Part shown: positions 63,521 to 64,000 of the stretch, piece after piece
How positions within the stretch are numbered: position 1 is the first letter of the stretch
How the letters are laid out: every line of letters begins with the position of its first letter
Assembly: GCA_017399145.1 (NCBI GenBank)
Contig: JAFQEG010000041.1
Location: 3,323 to 67,322 of the forward strand
Source: Clostridia bacterium
GTDB lineage: Bacteria; Bacillota; Clostridia; Oscillospirales; CAG-272
Direction of reading: 5' to 3'
Length of the DNA: 64,000 nt
The notes under the pieces: generated by a model
What the model saw: only the letters and a program-made list of their open reading frames with translations
Database searches by the model: none
Told to the model about the DNA's origin: nothing
Translations under genes and position numbers: made by a program

Positions 63521-64000
63521 ATGACTGATAGAACGAAATGGTTTGTCGAGGCAGGCTACGGAATATTTGTCCATTGGACCACTAAAAGCTTGCCCGAAAA
63601 GGGTGAAAGGAAGTCTCACGCACAAGCAATTCTTGATTTTGACGTAGAAACCTTTACAAATCAAATTATTGCCACAGGGGCTAAGTTTTTATTCTTCACA
63701 ATAACACATTCTGATATGTTTGTGCCATTTCCCTTGCCCGAGCTTGAGGAATTGACCCCGGGCTATACAAGCAAAAGAGACCTTCTAGGTGAAATTGCCG
63801 ATAAACTTGAAAAGCACGATATTAAGCTTTTAGTATATTTTAATGGCGACGGACAAACAAGTCCAGAATGGCGTGCTCACTTTAACAATGAAAAAATCTG
63901 TGATAAAAAAGCAGAGTATTGCTATAAAATTACCTCAGCAATTTCAAAGAAATATGGCAAGAAAATTAGTGGCTGGTGGATTGATTGCTGTTACGAGCCG
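63521..64000 (+). CDS. N-terminal part of a GH29-like (alpha-L-fucosidase-like) glycosidase; 3' end is outside the window
   Basis: ATG at 63521, open to the window end. WFVEAGYGIFVHWTT resembles the GH29 N-terminal WF..A.FGIFIHWG motif. Assigned by eye only. Confidence 0.45.
   Translation, partial: MTDRTKWFVEAGYGIFVHWTTKSLPEKGERKSHAQAILDFDVETFTNQIIATGAKFLFFTITHSDMFVPFPLPELEELTPGYTSKRDLLGEIADKLEKHDIKLLVYFNGDGQTSPEWRAHFNNEKICDKKAEYCYKITSAISKKYGKKISGWWIDCCYEP

Overview
This 64-kb chromosomal window comes from a spore-forming, Clostridia-like Firmicute. Two things support that: spoIIR sits behind a sigma-F-type promoter, and a gene block matches Bacillus subtilis order (yloC-remA-gmk-rpoZ-priA-def-fmt-rsmB-rlmN-prpC-prkC-rsgA). 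About two thirds is ordinary housekeeping: ATP-PFK and PPi-PFK, cinA/pncC, a deoC-deoD-deoB-cdd-pdp nucleoside operon, hpf, DUF1846, recG, ROK glucokinase, hom-AK-asd divergent from thrC-ACT, and a MacB-type ABC fusion. Glycosidase gene fragments lie at both edges. No rRNA, tRNA, CRISPR, integrase or transposase was seen. Five accessory parts stand out. (1) 35.5-48.6 kb is a tightly packed 7-gene operon. It encodes a giant CBM-like/solute-binding fusion, two complete MalF/MalG-type permease pairs, an NHL-propeller/TPR/Yip1 membrane protein and an 814-aa secreted protein of unknown function. It has no ATPase, regulator or recognisable hydrolase, and one permease carries 13 near-perfect 51-bp tandem repeats. 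This is my best candidate for an undescribed system. (2) 29.5-32.0 kb is a ~2.45-kb islet bounded by two identical 33-bp bidirectional terminators. It holds an XRE repressor, a perfect 20+20-bp palindromic operator over a consensus promoter, and two membrane proteins of unknown function. (3) Two paralogous BspA-type LRR surface proteins and a lipoprotein share Cys4 modules. Each LRR gene is partnered with an unlisted ~55-aa acidic peptide gene; the two peptides are homologous. (4) Two convergent intergenic regions (3.3-3.8 kb and 52.4-52.8 kb) contain repeat and hairpin structure that the genes do not explain. (5) A 25-codon mini-gene at 19.8-19.9 kb has its own promoter, RBS and terminator. 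All family names come from motif recognition by eye. No database search was run.
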